IMG/VR virus record: IMGVR_UViG_3300046796_000198
Coordinates: 1-30,322 of that record
Length of the DNA stretch: 30,322 nt
Source of the DNA: a virus
Taxonomy: Duplodnaviria; Caudoviricetes
Strand: one strand, 5' to 3'
Shown here: one piece after another, positions 26,004 through 30,322 of the stretch
Layout of the letters: each line of letters begins with the position of its first letter
Numbering within the stretch: position 1 is the first letter of the stretch
Notes under the pieces: generated by a model
What the model saw: the letters and a program-made list of their open reading frames with translations, nothing else
Told to the model about the DNA's origin: nothing
Databases searched by the model: none
Position numbers and translations under genes: made by a program

Positions 26004-26333
26004 ATGAGAGCGATCCTGGCGGCAGCGGTGGTTTGCGTGTCATTGCCAGCGTGGGCACAGGCCGTCTATCAGTACAAGCCGACCGGGACGCCCCAGTATG
26101 GATTGGCCGTAACCTCTGTCCAGACCCTGACCGTCCCCACCCAGGCCAGGATCGCTGAAATCTGCGTAGACACTGCGGCCATCCGCTACACGACATCGGG
26201 CACAACTCCAAGCTCCACAGTCGGTATGGCGGTAGCCTCGGGGGCCTGTTTTCAGATCGCTGGCCGGGACGCCCTTATTGCCCTCCAAGTCATCGGTAGC
26301 GGTGCCACCGTGGACGTGGAGTACTTCCAGTGA
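26004..26333 (+). CDS. Small beta-sandwich protein with a Sec-type signal peptide
   Basis: AGGAG RBS. MRAILAAAVVCVSLPAWA-Q. Confidence 0.7.
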   Translation: MRAILAAAVVCVSLPAWAQAVYQYKPTGTPQYGLAVTSVQTLTVPTQARIAEICVDTAAIRYTTSGTTPSSTVGMAVASGACFQIAGRDALIALQVIGSGATVDVEYFQ

Positions 26334-26527
26334 GGTGGTTCATCCTCATCCTGATGGCTTTCCTGGTGGCCCAGGCCATGGCACAGGCGCCCATAGGTCC
26401 TGGTTCGCTTATCCAGATCGGGCCCAATACCAACAACACCTTGGCCCCACCGCCACCTCCCCCGGGATGTAGTGGGCCTCTCGATCTATCGGCCGGATGT
26501 GCTCTACCTATGCTAGGAGTTTTCTGA
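26330..26527 (+). CDS. Small secreted Pro-rich protein
   Basis: GTGA overlap. MRWFILILMAFLVAQAMA-Q, PPPPPP and two Cys. Confidence 0.6.
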   Translation: MRWFILILMAFLVAQAMAQAPIGPGSLIQIGPNTNNTLAPPPPPPGCSGPLDLSAGCALPMLGVF

Positions 26528-27336
26528 TGAAATGGCCTATCAGGCTTCTCAGGGTAGCCTATGTCTGCCTCATTGCGGCTCTGCCCGTGGCGGCCCTTGC
26601 CACCAATTACACCGTAACACAGGGAAGTGGAACGACCTTCGGCTCACTCGTTGTGAGTGCTGTTAACTACGCGCAACAACTTTTGTGCGACCCAGCTACC
26701 CCAACCCAATGCGCAGCGGTTAGTGCCGGTGGCGCCGTTTCTGTTGCTGGGGCTGTCACCAACGCGGGAACTTTTGCCACCCAACTCACGGGGGCCACTA
26801 ACAACATCAACAATATTGCTGGAACTATAACCCTCCCCACTGGGGCGGCTACGGCGGCCAATCAAACCACAGCAAACACATCCCTGGCCTCCATTGCTAC
26901 AAATACAGGGGCGGCAATTCCTACTCAAGCCTCTACTGTCTCTATTGGCGGTGTTGGCATTATCCAGGATTCAACCTCGACCAGCGCCGGAACAACGGTA
27001 GTGGCCGGCACAACGGCAACCAATGTAGTGGCCAAGGCTTCGGCCGGAAATCTCCAGAATGCCTATGTGACCAGTTCGGCGGCAGGTTGGGTGTTTATCA
27101 TAAATGCCACATCCCTCCCCAGCAATGCCACCCTGACTGTCGGGACGGCCTCCGGCAATCTACAGGGATGTTTTGAACTTCAGAAGGGTGTGACGGACTG
27201 GGGTGCCAGCATCAATTACAATCCAGGGCCTTGGGAGCACTTCTCGGCCGGAATAGTGGTAGCCATCTCCTCGACAGACTGCCCGGTTCTTACTGCGGCT
27301 GGAACCGGCAAGTTCATCCACTCACAGGCGAACTGA
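26527..27336 (+). CDS. T/A/G-rich fibre-like protein with a signal peptide (269 aa)
   Basis: ATG 26527 (TGATG, AGGAG RBS). MKWPIRLLRVAYVCLIAALPVAALA-T. Beta-rich C-terminal domain. Confidence 0.7.
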   Translation: MKWPIRLLRVAYVCLIAALPVAALATNYTVTQGSGTTFGSLVVSAVNYAQQLLCDPATPTQCAAVSAGGAVSVAGAVTNAGTFATQLTGATNNINNIAGTITLPTGAATAANQTTANTSLASIATNTGAAIPTQASTVSIGGVGIIQDSTSTSAGTTVVAGTTATNVVAKASAGNLQNAYVTSSAAGWVFIINATSLPSNATLTVGTASGNLQGCFELQKGVTDWGASINYNPGPWEHFSAGIVVAISSTDCPVLTAAGTGKFIHSQAN

Positions 27337-27337
27337 T

Positions 27338-28270
27338 ATGTATCGTATTCTCTCAGCCCTGGTTCTTCTGCTGGGGATAGTGTGGCTTGCCCAACAGCCT
27401 GGAGCACGCGCCCAGATCGGGCAGCTTGGCTGTGGTGCCGTCAATCAGCACTCCTTGGTCTTCCAGCCGTGCGGCGTTTCCGGGTCCTCGCCATTCACCC
27501 CTTCCTGCACTCCCTCGACCGACTTTCTAGCTCGCACCTCTGGTCTGACTGACCCGCAGAAGACAAACTACGACAACCTGATTTGCGGCTTGGAAACCGA
27601 TAGCGTCGGGTGTGTCACAGGCGGGGCCATGTATGCTGTCTACGTCCTGGCCGCTCCCGACTCAGCCACCTCCTTGCTCAACCTTTGCGGCACCAGCTTC
27701 TCGCTCGTATCCCACGGCACAATTACCTTTACCGCCAATGTTGGATATGTCGGAAATGGATCGGACGGATATTTGGATACCCAATTCAACCCCAATAGTG
27801 CGGGCGTTACGGTATCGAGTTTTGCGATCGGCGGATACATAACGTCTGCAAGAACAATGAGTGCCAGCATGTTTCTCCTGGGCACCACAGATTCGGGCGT
27901 CTTCGACTATATCCGGCCTCTAAATTCCTCGGCGGCTGACTTCGGCGTTAATGACGGATCGTTCACCAGCGCGGCCAACACTCAAGCCAAAGGTCAATGG
28001 ATTGGCTCCAGAACGACTGCTACGCAAGTAGACCTCTATCTCAACAGCAGCCTGACTCCGTTTGCAACGAACGCAGCATCGGCTGATGCTGGGCCCCCGG
28101 CAACCAATATTGCCATATCGGCTCTGTGGAATGGCAGTGCTGCATCAAACTTTTCCACAGACCAGATTTCTTTTGTTTTCCTGAGCACCGGCCTGTCGGC
28201 AGCAAATGCCAAGAAGGTGGCCGACCGAATAAACACCTTCGCTACCGCTCTGGGCATCAATGCTTATTAG
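27338..28270 (+). CDS. Signal-peptide protein with a LamG/concanavalin-like lectin domain
   Basis: MYRILSALVLLLGIVWLAQQPGARA-Q. GNGSDGYLDTQF...VDLYLN pattern. Confidence 0.65.
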   Translation: MYRILSALVLLLGIVWLAQQPGARAQIGQLGCGAVNQHSLVFQPCGVSGSSPFTPSCTPSTDFLARTSGLTDPQKTNYDNLICGLETDSVGCVTGGAMYAVYVLAAPDSATSLLNLCGTSFSLVSHGTITFTANVGYVGNGSDGYLDTQFNPNSAGVTVSSFAIGGYITSARTMSASMFLLGTTDSGVFDYIRPLNSSAADFGVNDGSFTSAANTQAKGQWIGSRTTATQVDLYLNSSLTPFATNAASADAGPPATNIAISALWNGSAASNFSTDQISFVFLSTGLSAANAKKVADRINTFATALGINAY

Positions 28271-30322
28271 CAGACGAGAACTTCTAGCTGCCACAGCATT
28301 GGCTGTCGTTTACAGGATGGCGCCAGCGTTAGCGTGGACACACGGGTCTGCCTTTGTCCCGCCGCCCCCCGGGTTTGGTGGCAACCCCAATGTGACGATC
28401 ACAGCCATAAACACTGCCGGCGGCATCAGCATGTCGCGCACGAGCGGCCAACTGCCAGCTTTCTTCCAAGCCTCGGCGTCTGCCATAACGGCAACCGGCA
28501 CGACCCAGCCATATGAGGACTTGGAATATTCCTGGAGCATCAGTCGCGCCGGGGGCACTGTTGCCGCAGAGAATTTCACCAACCCGGCAGTGTATCCCTA
28601 TACGACCGGCGGCCCGAGCGTAAATGCGAACACTGACCAGACCGGCCCTGACGCCGCCTTCGTCTGCCGTGTAGCCGACACCTATACCGTTACCCTGACA
28701 ATCCGCGGTGCCAACGGAGCTGGGTTCACTACCGCTACGTCTACGGCAACCTTCACTGCCACCGCCTTCACGGCTGCGCACGAGTGGTGGTGCGATTCAG
28801 TCGGAGGTAGCGACTCTAACAACGGGACTTCATCAGGGACTCCATTCCAAACCATCAATGCGGCAAAGACTGCGTGGTCGGCGGTTTCTCCTGCTGGAGT
28901 TTCCCCCAGCAATATTGCTATTCATCTCAAGCGTGGTTCAAACTTCGTCGGTCAAACGCTCGGGTTTTCGGGCGCATCTTCCTTGGATCAAGTTCGATTC
29001 GACGCTTACAGCACCGGCGCTGACCCTATTATAAATCAAGACGGTACCGCCAACAACGCGGCGGTTGGATTTAATACAGGACCAGGTTCTGGGTCAGGTG
29101 GGTACAGTCTGACGGATATTGTGGTTTCAAACATCCAATGTGTTACCAGTGGTACCAACACATTTGGCAATGCTGCGGGGTTTATTGGTGCCAACTTTGA
29201 CCCTGCTGCCGTGTACCATGATTTTTACTGGGACAACTGCACAGTCAGCACGACGCTCAACATAGCTGGGCAGGACGTATTCGCACTGTCCCCCCAAAAT
29301 GATCCAGCGGTAGCAAATTGTGTTCGGGCCGGCACATGGAATATGTCGGTTACCAGCCCTCTTGCCCCGTTTGCCGGAAATCGCATGAGCATGTCTTTCC
29401 TCGGCTGGAGCCAGTGGTTCTTCATCATGGGTGGTACAATAGTCGGAGCGGGCAGCGACAACAGCAGGGACCACCATATTTACCCTGGCATCGGAGACAA
29501 CTTCCTATGCCGGTGGATCAACTTCGGCGCCACCACGAACACAGGAAGCGGTCCAACCAAACAATCTTGCATAAACGGAGACTACACTAACTACACTAGT
29601 GCTATCATACTAGATGGTAGTATAACGACAGGAGTTTTTACTGTAAACACTTTGTTTGGAGGGACCCCGCCAATCCAAGTGGGGATGACTTTGTATTGTG
29701 TTAACTTCAACACAGCGGTTCCTCCTGGTGTCACCATAACAATGCAGCTAACGGGAACTCCAGGAGGCATAGGAACCTACCAGCTTAGTGCTCTAACCCT
29801 TACCACAGGGACTGCCATATATGTAGGTAGCGTATCGGTTCACTTCGTACACTACTTTTGCATTGACTCCTGTTATTTCAGCGGGTGTGAGGTCGCGTCT
29901 GATTTCAGCGACGGATTCAACAACGCCACGGCAGTCCAATGGGTGGATGTTGTCTCGCAAAAGTGCGCTCACTCCAACCTTGGTCAAGGAGGATACCCGC
30001 CGAATTGTTTGCTTAGAGGCACCTTCCGCGATCACTTTGTCTGGGGAAGTGACGCAGGCTGGTTTCTCCCATCCCTGTCGGGGACCGGCGGTGCCGCTTT
30101 ATGTACTGGTAGCATGAGATACCAGGTTTACAGGAACAAGATTTATCAGTCATCAGCAACAGCTGCCGCGATAGTTATGTTGCCGACCACCAACACGATA
30201 ACCGCAACCAAGCCTCTCGTGTCCACCGACAACCAGATCGAGGACACGCGCACCGGAGCGTCCTGCAATATTATGGATATGGGACCATCTGCGCAGTTCA
30301 CAACGGCCATAGTGGATCGCAA
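28260..30322 (+). CDS. Large tailspike/adhesin-like protein, 3'-truncated: Tat-like signal, PKD-like domain, right-handed beta-helix
   Basis: Not in the ORF track. Manual translation from ATG 28260 is open to the window end (~687 codons). MLISRRELL...APALA-W; YSWSI...TYTVTLTI; WCDSVGGSDSNNGTSSGTPFQTI...IHLKRGS. Confidence 0.8.
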   Translation, partial: MLISRRELLAATALAVVYRMAPALAWTHGSAFVPPPPGFGGNPNVTITAINTAGGISMSRTSGQLPAFFQASASAITATGTTQPYEDLEYSWSISRAGGTVAAENFTNPAVYPYTTGGPSVNANTDQTGPDAAFVCRVADTYTVTLTIRGANGAGFTTATSTATFTATAFTAAHEWWCDSVGGSDSNNGTSSGTPFQTINAAKTAWSAVSPAGVSPSNIAIHLKRGSNFVGQTLGFSGASSLDQVRFDAYSTGADPIINQDGTANNAAVGFNTGPGSGSGGYSLTDIVVSNIQCVTSGTNTFGNAAGFIGANFDPAAVYHDFYWDNCTVSTTLNIAGQDVFALSPQNDPAVANCVRAGTWNMSVTSPLAPFAGNRMSMSFLGWSQWFFIMGGTIVGAGSDNSRDHHIYPGIGDNFLCRWINFGATTNTGSGPTKQSCINGDYTNYTSAIILDGSITTGVFTVNTLFGGTPPIQVGMTLYCVNFNTAVPPGVTITMQLTGTPGGIGTYQLSALTLTTGTAIYVGSVSVHFVHYFCIDSCYFSGCEVASDFSDGFNNATAVQWVDVVSQKCAHSNLGQGGYPPNCLLRGTFRDHFVWGSDAGWFLPSLSGTGGAALCTGSMRYQVYRNKIYQSSATAAAIVMLPTTNTITATKPLVSTDNQIEDTRTGASCNIMDMGPSAQFTTAIVDR

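Larger units (their letters stand above)
1..30322 (+). mobile_element. Tailed dsDNA phage/prophage segment (lysis, packaging, head and short-tail modules; podovirus-like)
   Basis: Terminase, portal-position gene, capsid and endolysin lie in a tightly packed single-strand gene array with many ATGA/TAATG overlaps. No sheath or tape-measure gene and no host housekeeping genes were recognised. Confidence 0.95.

Noticed and set aside
2684-30035. Numerous minus-strand ORFs of 60-240 aa
   Set aside because: Antisense shadows of GC-rich plus-strand genes with no recognisable motifs. The plus strand is already fully tiled.

Overview
The whole window is one co-oriented (+ strand) stretch of a tailed dsDNA phage or prophage, probably podovirus-like. 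Gene order: small accessory genes; a 2OG-Fe(II) oxygenase/HD-like fusion; a lysis cluster with a membrane-anchored two-domain endolysin; terminase large subunit; portal; scaffold; major capsid protein; adaptor/nozzle; large low-complexity ejection-type proteins; and a run of signal-peptide-bearing adhesin-like genes ending in a beta-helix ORF that runs off the right edge. The standout is a cassette of about 1 kb (1681-2646). A lone 203-aa Cas7/RAMP-like gene is flanked by three non-coding arrays of phased 5-nt units (variable NN + near-constant GGY). There is no CRISPR array or other cas gene, so it is a candidate minimal RNA-guided system using a gapped dinucleotide code. Other observations: a possibly pseudoknotted intergenic RNA (379-496), a protamine-like 11-aa micro-ORF with its own RBS and terminator, a divergent duplicated 35-aa domain, and Sec/Tat export signals on tail-region proteins. 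All calls come from reading motifs by eye; no searches were run.
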